Shown piece after piece: positions 31,088 through 40,471 of a stretch of 64,000 nt of DNA (positions within the stretch are counted from its first letter, which is position 1; each line of letters starts with the position of its first letter). The DNA lies in IMG/VR virus record IMGVR_UViG_3300015214_000001, positions 128,001-192,000 of that record; one strand, written 5' to 3'. This stretch comes from a virus. Its lineage: Duplodnaviria > Caudoviricetes. Made by a program: the position numbers and the translations under genes. The notes under the pieces are model-generated. The model was not told the origin of the DNA. It saw only the letters and a program-made list of their open reading frames with translations, and did not search any database.

Positions 31088-33124
31088 TTAAACACTTACC
31101 GAGAATAAGACTGTTGATTTGAGATTGTCGGCATTTGTGTTTTCAGTTGATGTAGAAATGACATTCGATTTGATATATTTAATATCCCCTGTATGTCGAT
31201 CTGTTACTGCAATCCCATTCAGATCGCCAATGTCCTTTAATGTCGTCTCTACTGCTTTTTGGTCATCGGCAAATCGCACGACTTCAATCAGGACATAACC
31301 ATCAGGCGGGTTATCTTGTGGCAAACGATAACTGTTATGCGCCACAGAATCAATCGCAAGGTCAATAATAGCATCATTAATGTGATGACCTGTGTATTTT
31401 TTAATGCCAGGCGCTTCATCGCCATGCGTTGCTGATGGTAAAGTTAAGCAGTCAGCAACCTTTTGCAGGGCATTCTCTAATCTATCAAGAGCTTTGTTTT
31501 GCCCGTCAATGATTTCCTCTGCGATCATCTTTTTTGGCTCATCAGCATTTTGTCTCTTACCTGCTTCAATTAGAGCTTGATGTAAAACAATGCGTGCTGA
31601 ACCAATACTATAGGTCGCATCTTGTAACGCACGGAAATATTTCCGCTTAGGCCCCGTTGTTACATTGGCCCATAATGGCAATGCCATTACTTGTAGCATG
31701 TGTTTATTTAAAGGGCTGATTAAATTAGCATAGCTAATCGGGTTAGCAGTAATGTCTTTATGGTCATCCACAATGCGTTTTAGTGTATCATGAACATCGC
31801 GGGTAATTTCGATCATGCTATCAATATCATCAGATGATTTAATAACGATCTTATTGTTTTTACGACTCTTAGTTGCCCCACGACCTCTTGGCTCTAAATC
31901 TGCGCCGAGCGTAATTGCCGAACCAGCACTTTCACCCTGCTCATTGATGAACCTTAGTTCATAACACTTCTGCCCATCAATATCAGAAACGCCAGTTACC
32001 TCTGCTAACGTCCTAAACATCTTTGAATAGACTATATCGCCAGGTAAAAATCGTTTCACTAAATAGCGATAAGTTTGCGTATCATGTTTATATTGCGTTT
32101 CGCGTATGATTTCAAAGCGCAAATCTTCTATTGGGACAGGATCAACCCGACGACCAATAACACTAATGTCGCCAGTAACATCCCTGCTAAAATTACGTCT
32201 TTCGATGTTAATTGGGGCATTCGCTGTTTTTACCGTCTCATTTCTAACCATCGTGTGAGAGCCAGATAACCGCTTTGCTTGCCACGCATCACAAACATAA
32301 TTATCTTTTGCTGAAAAATCAAAGACGACACATTCGCCGCGCCCACCGTCTTGCGCTTTATAAAAACGGCATGTTTGGCATTGTCTTGGTGAGTCGTCTA
32401 TAGATAGCCTATAATTAGGAACATTATCAGGCACTGAAATATTTGCGTTGCCATCGTCAGCCTTAGCTGTAAACTGTTCTTCTAGGACATCATTTGATTT
32501 GTTTTTCAGTGTTTGATGTAATTCAGATAAAATCCGTTCGCAATCGGATTGATACTTATCAGACTCACCCATAAAAGTGTTATGGGTGTTAAGCACATCA
32601 CCATAGCCAGTCAAGTGACATTCTTCTAATTCATTGACGACATTATCGACACTAGTTATGAGTGCCTCCCACTTTTCATCTTGAGAGACAATGCTTTCAT
32701 CGCCAATTTCATTTATTTCTGACAGCAACACTGGCAATGGCGCATAAGCAAGCGCCATTGGGATATTCATTTCTGCTTCTGCTTTTTGAATAGAAGCCAG
32801 CCATCTTTTAGCTGTATCTCGAAAAGCAGTTACAATATCATGATCTTCCTTTTCTGGTCTATCTCTTATTGTGTCAGAGATAGTTTTAGATAAGTTTAAA
32901 AGGACAGGCAAAGCATTTTTTTGAGCATCTAAAGCATATGTGGCATTAGCCAACGCTGATGCAATTAATTTGCCTTTAGTTTCTAAGTCCATCGCGCGTT
33001 GTCGCAACGGACTATCTTCTGGTAAATGCGAATAATGGCTACTCGAAAGAGTAGCCTTATTGCGCGGGTGAGTAGCAAAGCCTCCGCTACTATCTTGGCT
33101 AGAATAATATCCTTTATTCTGCAT
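31088..33124 (-). CDS. Hypothetical head-module protein with 4-Cys (HiPIP-like) and KOW-like modules
   Basis: PNYR...CQTCRFY...GECVVF...VCDAW; FLPGDIV...EVTGV...YELRF. Confidence 0.55.
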   Translation of the reverse strand: MQNKGYYSSQDSSGGFATHPRNKATLSSSHYSHLPEDSPLRQRAMDLETKGKLIASALANATYALDAQKNALPVLLNLSKTISDTIRDRPEKEDHDIVTAFRDTAKRWLASIQKAEAEMNIPMALAYAPLPVLLSEINEIGDESIVSQDEKWEALITSVDNVVNELEECHLTGYGDVLNTHNTFMGESDKYQSDCERILSELHQTLKNKSNDVLEEQFTAKADDGNANISVPDNVPNYRLSIDDSPRQCQTCRFYKAQDGGRGECVVFDFSAKDNYVCDAWQAKRLSGSHTMVRNETVKTANAPINIERRNFSRDVTGDISVIGRRVDPVPIEDLRFEIIRETQYKHDTQTYRYLVKRFLPGDIVYSKMFRTLAEVTGVSDIDGQKCYELRFINEQGESAGSAITLGADLEPRGRGATKSRKNNKIVIKSSDDIDSMIEITRDVHDTLKRIVDDHKDITANPISYANLISPLNKHMLQVMALPLWANVTTGPKRKYFRALQDATYSIGSARIVLHQALIEAGKRQNADEPKKMIAEEIIDGQNKALDRLENALQKVADCLTLPSATHGDEAPGIKKYTGHHINDAIIDLAIDSVAHNSYRLPQDNPPDGYVLIEVVRFADDQKAVETTLKDIGDLNGIAVTDRHTGDIKYIKSNVISTSTENTNADNLKSTVLFSVSV

Positions 33125-33383
33125 TGTTTTTGCCTCGCTCTATATTTAACGACTTGGCGCGACGATTAGTTTCGTCTTTATCGCTTAATGTTACATCATC
33201 ACTGTGCAGAATAACTGTATCTTGACTTACTGGCAGTGCTTCGATAATTGCGCCATCGCTTGTTATTTGAACGCTTTTAATTAAATATTGGCGTTTCTGA
33301 TATGTAACAACATCATTTGTCTTTAATGGTATTAAGGACATTTTGCACTCCTGACGATCTAATAGGCGTAATTGTGCGTCCAT
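33114..33383 (-). CDS. Hypothetical protein (likely start MSLIPLK)
   Basis: CAGGAG precedes the internal ATG. Confidence 0.5.
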   Translation of the reverse strand: MDAQLRLLDRQECKMSLIPLKTNDVVTYQKRQYLIKSVQITSDGAIIEALPVSQDTVILHSDDVTLSDKDETNRRAKSLNIERGKNNAE

Positions 33384-34429
33384 TTTGCATTAGCATGACG
33401 TAAATACAACTCGATCTTGCTTAACGCATCTTGTAAGTTTTCCAATAGATCATATAATGGCGGGTAACTCCAACTATCGAGCCTATCAAATGGAACGTTA
33501 TCTAGTGTGTTGATTAAGCGGTAAGCCTGACCAGCAAAGTCAAATAACAAATTGGCGTTATCGTTTAATTCTCTATCATGGTAAATAGATGCAATGTCTT
33601 TGATTTTCTTTGCACTTACCGTTATCTTGCCTAATAATTCATCAGGAGAATAAAAAGGCTTCTCTGCTAAGTTGCGATTAATAGAGCGAACAAGGTCAGA
33701 CATCTCAGTAACGCCCCTTGAATCTAAATCTGCCTTATAGTCATAAGGCTTTTCATTGTTCCTGACAGCATTAATCGCCTGAGCTACGGCTGCGATTGCC
33801 TCATCAAACAAAACTTCTTTGATGCTACTCTTGTAACCAACATTAGAAGCAACATATAACTTATGACTAACGTTAGTTAGTAAGTTTTTAATGTCATCGT
33901 CTTGTTCTCGGAAGCTAATGACCTGATCCACATCGGCTTTTGTTTGTAATAACGACTTCACAGGAATACGCTGGTTGGCAGGCATACTCTTGAAAGATAA
34001 CAGAGACTTCTTAATGCCATCCAGCTTAATTTCTAACGCGCTTTTGACTGTTTCATAAACTGCTCGCTTACCATAAATTTCTTGCGCTTGGCGACGTTCG
34101 CTGCTACTTAATGGCTTATCAACCCTAGTTTCATCTTCAATAGCACATAAAGACTTATAGGCCTTATGCGCCAATTCGCGTGCTTCGTCGCTATTCTTGC
34201 CGCGTTTTTGATATGCCTCTTGCAAACTTTTTTGTGCATTAAACACGCTAGGAACACTCAGTTCTTTATGGTTTTTTAGCTTACCAGCTTCTTCATTCCA
34301 AGTAGTAATAGCGTTGATAACATCACTTGGAGATGGCGAATATTGTTCCCAGTGTTTAAGTTTTTGTTGCATTAAATTACGCAATGTTTTAATGCGTTGG
34401 TATCCTTGAGTATGAGTTAAATTTGTCAT
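33359..34429 (-). CDS. Hypothetical helical head-module protein
   Basis: 356 aa, many xK(S/A/T) motifs, between terminase and portal. Confidence 0.6.
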   Translation of the reverse strand: MTNLTHTQGYQRIKTLRNLMQQKLKHWEQYSPSPSDVINAITTWNEEAGKLKNHKELSVPSVFNAQKSLQEAYQKRGKNSDEARELAHKAYKSLCAIEDETRVDKPLSSSERRQAQEIYGKRAVYETVKSALEIKLDGIKKSLLSFKSMPANQRIPVKSLLQTKADVDQVISFREQDDDIKNLLTNVSHKLYVASNVGYKSSIKEVLFDEAIAAVAQAINAVRNNEKPYDYKADLDSRGVTEMSDLVRSINRNLAEKPFYSPDELLGKITVSAKKIKDIASIYHDRELNDNANLLFDFAGQAYRLINTLDNVPFDRLDSWSYPPLYDLLENLQDALSKIELYLRHANAKWTHNYAY

Positions 34430-34490
34430 GTGTACACCCTCATTAACTTATCTAATTATTTTACAACATAAAAAACACGCTTTTTAACTA

Positions 34491-36173
34491 TCAGACAACG
34501 GATATACCGCCTGCTGTTTTATGGTATGCGTATAGTGCTAACATTAACGACTCTGCTAGGTCTGGACTTTCACCAATACGCTTCCTAACAACTTCCTTGC
34601 GTTCCACTTTAATGACATCGTTTATTGTACGCTCAAACTTAATGGATGTTAGTTGCCTTCTGAGTTTCTTTGAGATAGGCATTGTTATAAGATCGTCCCC
34701 TTCTGGGTCTAATGCTTCTCGCAAGCGCCACCATAATTCGGTTCTCTTATTAAAGAACCCGAACAAGCCATCTTTATCTTTTGCTCGAGATACATTTGAT
34801 CCTTTTATTGGGATAACTCGGTATCCTTTAGATTTTAATTGAGCGATAACGGCAAGGCCTACCCCAATAGCATCAACAAATATAAAATGCTCTTTGTTGT
34901 TATTCATCAATCTAATGATTTCATTGGCTTGTAATATCGGCACTTTCGCCAACTCTAATGTCTCTACTTCTATTTCCTCAGTCCACTGAACATACTTACC
35001 TGTTATTTTTACTAATGGGGTTATATCTCCACCCATTTCAGAAACATCTAACCCATAGACTGGTGTTAACTTGCTTGCTTCCTCAAACGCACCTTCTTTT
35101 AATGCTTCTTCATACCTTTTTTCAGCGCGATCAATCCAAGCATCAGGGATTAACTGCCAAGGGTCAGGCTTAGAAGATAAACTAAAGTCGCCATTTAACA
35201 TCTGACTTCTAAAGGGTTCAGGCATGTTTTGAAGAACTGCTTCATACTCACCATCCGCAGATAGAAATGGGTTATCGGATAGTTTAGCTGGAACAAATGT
35301 TCTTGACTTAGGCCTAACTGTAAGCACATTGCCGTTTTTTTCAGTGTACTGAAATGGCTTTCCTTCTGCGCCTTCTGGACTTATTTCTTTCGTTATCTCA
35401 ACATCATTGCCATCTAACGTAGCAAACCAGCGCAATTCACCAGGCAATGCAGGATTTTTATGCTTGGGATCAAGCCATGGCGACCACCTACGAATAACCC
35501 ATCGCCCCTCCGTTGTTGTCGGCGGGTTTCCAGCAACAACAACCCGAACGGGAACGCCTTCTTGAGCAGTACGCGCCCAACCAATTAAGAAGGTATAAAC
35601 TTCTTCTGGAATGTCTGGTACTTCATCAAAAAGTTTTAGGTCATGAGGACGACCTTTATATTTCTGAGCAGCTAGGAAGTTTGCCGCACTTCCAATTTCT
35701 AATACTTTATTGTCAGGTAAACCGACAAAAGACTGAACATTACCATCACGATATTGAGCCTTAGAGTATCCACTATCTGCTAATACTTGTTTAGCGCGAC
35801 TGATAAAGTGTTTATGCTCAGGGTATGATCTACGAAAGCAGATTGCATTTTTGTGCGGTGAGAGGCGGCTTAATGATAGTCCGATCATTAAATCTGTTTT
35901 ACCCCCACCAGCAGCGCCACCATAGAATAATTCATCAGCCTTGCTATAGAAAGCCATAGTCTGTGGGCCTTCTAATGGCTTCCATATGATGTTTGTGTCA
36001 TCGGCGCTTGGTTGAAGCTGGTCAGCAAAAGAGCTTAAGAAGTTGGCAATTAAGTTATCGCCTGTTCCCACCATTGACCTAATATCATTCGCTTTAGCAG
36101 ATTCGTCACTATCATTAGTGGTTTCTTCTTCTAAGGTTTCTTCTTCATCAAACAGATCATCATATTGTTCCAT
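34491..36173 (-). CDS. terL: Terminase large subunit
   Basis: Walker A YGGAAGGGKT, Walker B LFDE, GNP, DNPFL, nuclease GLDV, DAIGVG, SPDLAES. Confidence 0.93.
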   Translation of the reverse strand: MEQYDDLFDEEETLEEETTNDSDESAKANDIRSMVGTGDNLIANFLSSFADQLQPSADDTNIIWKPLEGPQTMAFYSKADELFYGGAAGGGKTDLMIGLSLSRLSPHKNAICFRRSYPEHKHFISRAKQVLADSGYSKAQYRDGNVQSFVGLPDNKVLEIGSAANFLAAQKYKGRPHDLKLFDEVPDIPEEVYTFLIGWARTAQEGVPVRVVVAGNPPTTTEGRWVIRRWSPWLDPKHKNPALPGELRWFATLDGNDVEITKEISPEGAEGKPFQYTEKNGNVLTVRPKSRTFVPAKLSDNPFLSADGEYEAVLQNMPEPFRSQMLNGDFSLSSKPDPWQLIPDAWIDRAEKRYEEALKEGAFEEASKLTPVYGLDVSEMGGDITPLVKITGKYVQWTEEIEVETLELAKVPILQANEIIRLMNNNKEHFIFVDAIGVGLAVIAQLKSKGYRVIPIKGSNVSRAKDKDGLFGFFNKRTELWWRLREALDPEGDDLITMPISKKLRRQLTSIKFERTINDVIKVERKEVVRKRIGESPDLAESLMLALYAYHKTAGGISVV

Positions 36174-36191
36174 AACAACTCTCTTGGCTTA

Positions 36192-36971
36192 TTAATCAAA
36201 TAATGAGCTATAAATGGTTGGTAATTCTTGCTCTATGCTTTCAATATCAACACCTGCTTCAACTTCATTACTTTGCTCACCATCAATAGCGCTGTTACCT
36301 GTTGATTCTTCCTCATCATCTTCGCTTCCACCTTCCTCATCATCGGAAAACTCAAATTCAAATTCGATCTCAATTTTATCAATCTCACCTGCTTTAAAGC
36401 GATCAATCATTTCAGACAAGTTAGGCAATATATCATTTCTTAAATATCTTTGCACACCAGTTAGTTCAGTGACATATGTTTCTAGGTAGTCTACTAAACT
36501 CACATAGCTTTCGTGCGACAACGCATAATGCCTTGTCGCACCTTCAAGCAACTCTGACAAATCTAGCGCTGAGACATTTTTATCAGATAAGATGCGTTTT
36601 GTCTCACTATCAAAGCGACCTAGTGCATTAAATGAAGCATAGCTGCTATGCAATTTCCTATTTGCGTCAGAAGCATTCTTTACACAGGCATCCAAATAAC
36701 GCAGGTAATCACTTAGTCTAGTACGAACCTGATCTGCTATTAAGACCTCTTTTTGACGTTCTCTATCTTCGATCTCTGATGGGTTCTTGCCACGCCTAAA
36801 CCAATCAAAAACATTCAGTTTAGCCTGTGTTTTATTAACTAATTCTTCTTTGATCTGAGCTTTAATTTCTTCTTTAATCTGAGCTTTAATTTTATTTTTA
36901 TCCATCTCAATCACCTTTTTATTTTTAATATTCTTCTGGTGGTGGGGGCGCAGCGTTTGTATTTGTGTCAT
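36192..36971 (-). CDS. Hypothetical protein with acidic C-terminus
   Basis: 259 aa; IKAQIKEE tandem repeat (24-bp duplication); likely start MDKNK. Confidence 0.55.
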   Translation of the reverse strand: MTQIQTLRPHHQKNIKNKKVIEMDKNKIKAQIKEEIKAQIKEELVNKTQAKLNVFDWFRRGKNPSEIEDRERQKEVLIADQVRTRLSDYLRYLDACVKNASDANRKLHSSYASFNALGRFDSETKRILSDKNVSALDLSELLEGATRHYALSHESYVSLVDYLETYVTELTGVQRYLRNDILPNLSEMIDRFKAGEIDKIEIEFEFEFSDDEEGGSEDDEEESTGNSAIDGEQSNEVEAGVDIESIEQELPTIYSSLFD

Positions 36972-37815
36972 TCAGATACTTAGCAATGTCCTTACTTGTA
37001 CTCGCTAATATTTTATTGGCTGTTTCCATATCGGCATACTTATAAGTCCAATCTTTGAACACGCTAACGATAAAGCCTAGCATCGACATCGCTTGTTCAG
37101 CGGTCATAACTTGTTTGTTCTGGTTTAGGTGTTTTCTTTCACTTTCAATTAGCTTCTTTTGTGTTTCCATCAAACGACTAATCTCATTCCAATTCTGGTG
37201 CTTCCCTAAACCCTTTGTGATAATAGTGCCGATATTGTTTAAAGCATCTGTCACCTTATCTTTTTTGCCTTCACGAGTCGCTTTTAACATTGCATCATAT
37301 TCTTTTCTTAGTTGTCTCCACGCAGCATAAGTGTCGCCAGTTTCAACATGCTTGAGAACATCACCGAGACGCGCAGTAAGGATAGCGATCTCATCACGCA
37401 TTCCTAGTAACTCTTTATCCTTACGTGCATCCTCATAGCGTTGAGATAAGGCTATGCCGACCATATCACGCGAATACTTTAAATGCGTAGCGTTGTGGTG
37501 AACGATCCCGCGAGGTGTTTTACCCCCGTGAAAGTGACAGCGGTTTCTGTCTGTAACAGGTTTCTTGCGACAAGGTTTACCTTCGCGTGTAACTGCACCG
37601 CATATCTGCTGACCATTTTCATCGTATGTGTAGATTAAACGATCACCTTTGCGCTTAACCTTTTTAATGCCAACCCAAGCATCCTCATCAATGGGTATCT
37701 TTCGAGGCTCTGATAATACGTCAATTTCTTCTTCGATGTCACCATTGCGCTGTTGTAGCTCAATGTCTGAGTGAGATTGAGCCAATGTTATGTAGTTATT
37801 TACTTCATCAGACAT
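36925..37815 (-). CDS. Putative terminase small subunit (HGGxSTG-type Zn motif)
   Basis: CGAVTREGKPC.....RCHFHGGKTP.G; upstream of terL. Confidence 0.7.
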   Translation of the reverse strand: MSDEVNNYITLAQSHSDIELQQRNGDIEEEIDVLSEPRKIPIDEDAWVGIKKVKRKGDRLIYTYDENGQQICGAVTREGKPCRKKPVTDRNRCHFHGGKTPRGIVHHNATHLKYSRDMVGIALSQRYEDARKDKELLGMRDEIAILTARLGDVLKHVETGDTYAAWRQLRKEYDAMLKATREGKKDKVTDALNNIGTIITKGLGKHQNWNEISRLMETQKKLIESERKHLNQNKQVMTAEQAMSMLGFIVSVFKDWTYKYADMETANKILASTSKDIAKYLNDTNTNAAPPPPEEY

Positions 37816-37909
37816 AATGCACCTACTTTAAATAACTAAAAGGCAGCATGACATCTTATGACATCACGCCTATCTTATTGTACACAAGTTTATAGGTCAT
37901 TTTAAAAGA

Positions 37910-37935
37910 AAAAGGACACCCTTAGATGTCCTTTT
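37910..37935 (-). terminator. Intrinsic terminator
   Basis: AAAAGGACA...TGTCCTTTT. Confidence 0.6.
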
Positions 37936-37944
37936 AAGTCAGAA

Positions 37945-38271
37945 TTATTTCAATGTTTTGTATTGATTGTACCTAGCGCCCATCTGTCTAATACTATGTT
38001 GACTGCTTCTCAAGAACTGACGCTGCTTAGGTGATAATTGTAATTTATCTGATTGGATAGATCGCAATGTGTCAGTATCCAAAGTTGCGATATTAGCGAT
38101 GGTGGATTGGATTAAGCCGTTAATAGATGACATTGACGCATCTAATTCTGGCGCTTCTGCTACAATTTTTCTCAACACCTTCTCTACATTTTGCGCCGAC
38201 TTCTTCAATTCTTTCATAGCTACTGAGTATTCTTGAGATAATACCCTGCGTTTTGTCCTATCAATTGACAT
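37945..38271 (-). CDS. Hypothetical protein
   Basis: 108-aa ORF. Confidence 0.6.
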   Translation of the reverse strand: MSIDRTKRRVLSQEYSVAMKELKKSAQNVEKVLRKIVAEAPELDASMSSINGLIQSTIANIATLDTDTLRSIQSDKLQLSPKQRQFLRSSQHSIRQMGARYNQYKTLK

Positions 38272-38285
38272 GGGTTATAGATACC

Positions 38286-38807
38286 TTATATGAAAATACG
38301 GTCTGTTATTGCGTTCTCTACATCACGGTTAAATTTATTTAATTCTTCTCGAACTTTACCGCCAATTGCTCCACGCGCATAGCCTAGCGCTTTTGTCATC
38401 TCTTGTTCTTGGCTGCGTGTTAGGGTTTTGCTTAATTCGCCAGTTCCATCAGTCCATTCAAGACCAGTAAAGGGTATATCATATTTGAGATCAGTGAGTT
38501 TAAATGCTATTCCATTTCCAATCGGGTGAGAAAAGTTTGCTTGTCCAGTAAACTTGATAGTCATTGTTGCACGGTCAGTATTTTCATCATATTTAAAATT
38601 AGTGACCTTACCCGTTAACTCATATTCCACATTTTTACCGCCACGCAACTCATACAACTCAATGTCGCCACGACTCGCGTCTCTTGCTGTGATGGATTGC
38701 TTGTTAGTCTTGACTGAACCCATCAATTTCAATGTCTTAGCTGTTAAATTATTCTTCAATCTTGAACTCATCTTACACACTCCGTTAAGGTGATATACGC
38801 TTAGCAT
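38286..38807 (-). CDS. Hypothetical protein, paralog of 38817..39284 (likely start MSSRLK)
   Basis: RGDIELYE...ELTGKVTNFKYD..TDR..TI..TG. Confidence 0.6.
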   Translation of the reverse strand: MLSVYHLNGVCKMSSRLKNNLTAKTLKLMGSVKTNKQSITARDASRGDIELYELRGGKNVEYELTGKVTNFKYDENTDRATMTIKFTGQANFSHPIGNGIAFKLTDLKYDIPFTGLEWTDGTGELSKTLTRSQEQEMTKALGYARGAIGGKVREELNKFNRDVENAITDRIFI

Positions 38808-38816
38808 TATATCAGA

Positions 38817-39284
38817 TTATATATGTCCAAATTTATCAACAGATCGGTTAATCTGGTTTCTAGTGTTATTCCATTCATCTTTACTTATATTTTTAAGCTG
38901 GTGATGCGCCATAGAAAAAAGCCCATTTAGAGCATCTGTTTGCTGTTTAGTCGGCTTATTCGCATTAGGCGTATAATTGCCGCCAAACCAGTTATCAATA
39001 GTTTCTGTGTCGGTAAAACGCGAATTAACAACCAATGGCAACCGATGACCATCAATACTAATCCAGACATTCCCTATCCATTGGATTGTGATTTTTAATC
39101 GGTCATCCATGAGTGAATAATCATAGTTCGTTGTTGATCCAGTTAGTTCTATATCAAGTGTATTATCCCAACAAGTCTCTTTAAATGAGATTTGTCCGCG
39201 TTGAAGGTTAGACACCGACACATTACGATTAACCGTTTTCGCACCTAAAATCTTTTTTGTTGCTTGAGTTAGTTTTATTGACAT
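38817..39284 (-). CDS. Hypothetical protein, paralog of 38286..38807
   Basis: RGQISFKE...ELTGSTTNYDY..DDR..TI..IG. Confidence 0.6.
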   Translation of the reverse strand: MSIKLTQATKKILGAKTVNRNVSVSNLQRGQISFKETCWDNTLDIELTGSTTNYDYSLMDDRLKITIQWIGNVWISIDGHRLPLVVNSRFTDTETIDNWFGGNYTPNANKPTKQQTDALNGLFSMAHHQLKNISKDEWNNTRNQINRSVDKFGHI

Positions 39285-39323
39285 ATTATCTCCAGTGGTC
39301 TTTTCTTAATGTGCAAAATTATA

Positions 39324-39788
39324 TCATGTGAAAAAGACAACACCATAACTTATTAAAAAGAGAATAATGTTAAATGCAAATTCCTGATAAGCAATCAATA
39401 GCGCATCGCCTTTGTAATTAACAATACCTTGATCCTTAACAATGCTTTCTAACAACAGACCTTCAATGTAATTCAATCTATCTTGTATGATTAAATTTTC
39501 TCTTGATTTATTTAAGTATTTTAGCTCATCTGAGATAGCAATGATGTCAGTCATTTTCGCAGGCCATAATGCATATAGTGCGAGGGATATTTGTATCAGT
39601 AGGCCAAACAGCAAGAACAGGTTCAAAATGCCTAAGAAGTGGGATGTGATTATCAATAGCATCGAACTAACAAGCAATGTAGAGGCTTTATTATTATGGG
39701 AATTAAAACGGTCAGTAATACCTTGATGTTTATAGCGTAGGATATTTATTAAATCATTGTTTGCTGTTGGGAAAGTGTTTTTACGCAT
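39324..39788 (-). CDS. Membrane protein (3 predicted TM segments)
   Basis: NKASTLL + two hydrophobic helices ending LWP, C-terminal hydrophobic helix. Confidence 0.6.
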   Translation of the reverse strand: MRKNTFPTANNDLINILRYKHQGITDRFNSHNNKASTLLVSSMLLIITSHFLGILNLFLLFGLLIQISLALYALWPAKMTDIIAISDELKYLNKSRENLIIQDRLNYIEGLLLESIVKDQGIVNYKGDALLIAYQEFAFNIILFLISYGVVFFT

Positions 39789-39840
39789 AAAATTCTCTCT
39801 GATATATTAGTAATGTCAATTATAACATATCAGAGAGGTA

Positions 39841-39862
39841 AAAACGTGGAACTCTACGTTTT
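39841..39862. repeat. Dispersed palindrome copy 2 (AAAACGTGGAACTCTACGTTTT)
   Basis: One mismatch to the consensus. Confidence 0.8.
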
Positions 39863-40383
39863 TATTGCGTGGTTGCAGTATCAGGCTTATTAGCATCGGA
39901 GATATGTGATAGGAAGTCTGTCATTAGTAGTAAATGAGCCGCCATTGCGTCCATTTCAACAATCAACTTATCAATATAAGCATTCAGATATTGCTTCAAT
40001 AAAATCATCATGGCATCCAAGTCTTGATACGGAATATCTTCTGCATCTGTGTAAGGCTTCAAAGGGGTATTATGCTCAAGTTCTAAGGTTGCGCCTCGCT
40101 CTACATCCAGGCGCATTGATAGGTGATTATTACTGGCGTTTTTAAGCAAGAAATGAGTATCATCAAAAATGAGATTCACTCTATATTCTTTATCTTGACT
40201 ACGACCAGTGTCAGTCAAGAAGATGACTAAATGGATATATAATCCCCCTCTAGCATATCCACGCGCTACCATTTTTATAGTTGGCAACTCGTCATCATTA
40301 TAATACTTAATAGGTGTAGATGCTGTAACCGATAACTCTAATTTATTCCATGTTTCTTCTACTGATGTTTTTTGAATTGCCAT
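39862..40383 (-). CDS. Hypothetical protein
   Basis: 173-aa ORF. Confidence 0.55.
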   Translation of the reverse strand: MAIQKTSVEETWNKLELSVTASTPIKYYNDDELPTIKMVARGYARGGLYIHLVIFLTDTGRSQDKEYRVNLIFDDTHFLLKNASNNHLSMRLDVERGATLELEHNTPLKPYTDAEDIPYQDLDAMMILLKQYLNAYIDKLIVEMDAMAAHLLLMTDFLSHISDANKPDTATTQ

Positions 40384-40403
40384 CGTATTTATCTCATGTC
40401 CTT

Positions 40404-40443
40404 TACTAAAATAAGCTCATATAACGATGAGCTTATTTTAGTA
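40404..40443. terminator. 17-bp perfect inverted repeat, probable terminator
   Basis: TACTAAAATAAGCTCAT-ataacg-ATGAGCTTATTTTAGTA. Confidence 0.6.
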
Positions 40444-40471
40444 CATATAGCTTATAATTCAATGAGCAATT

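Noticed and set aside
36838-36892. 24-bp tandem duplication (IKAQIKEE x2) as a functional repeat locus
   Set aside because: In-frame short coding duplication with no further evidence of function.
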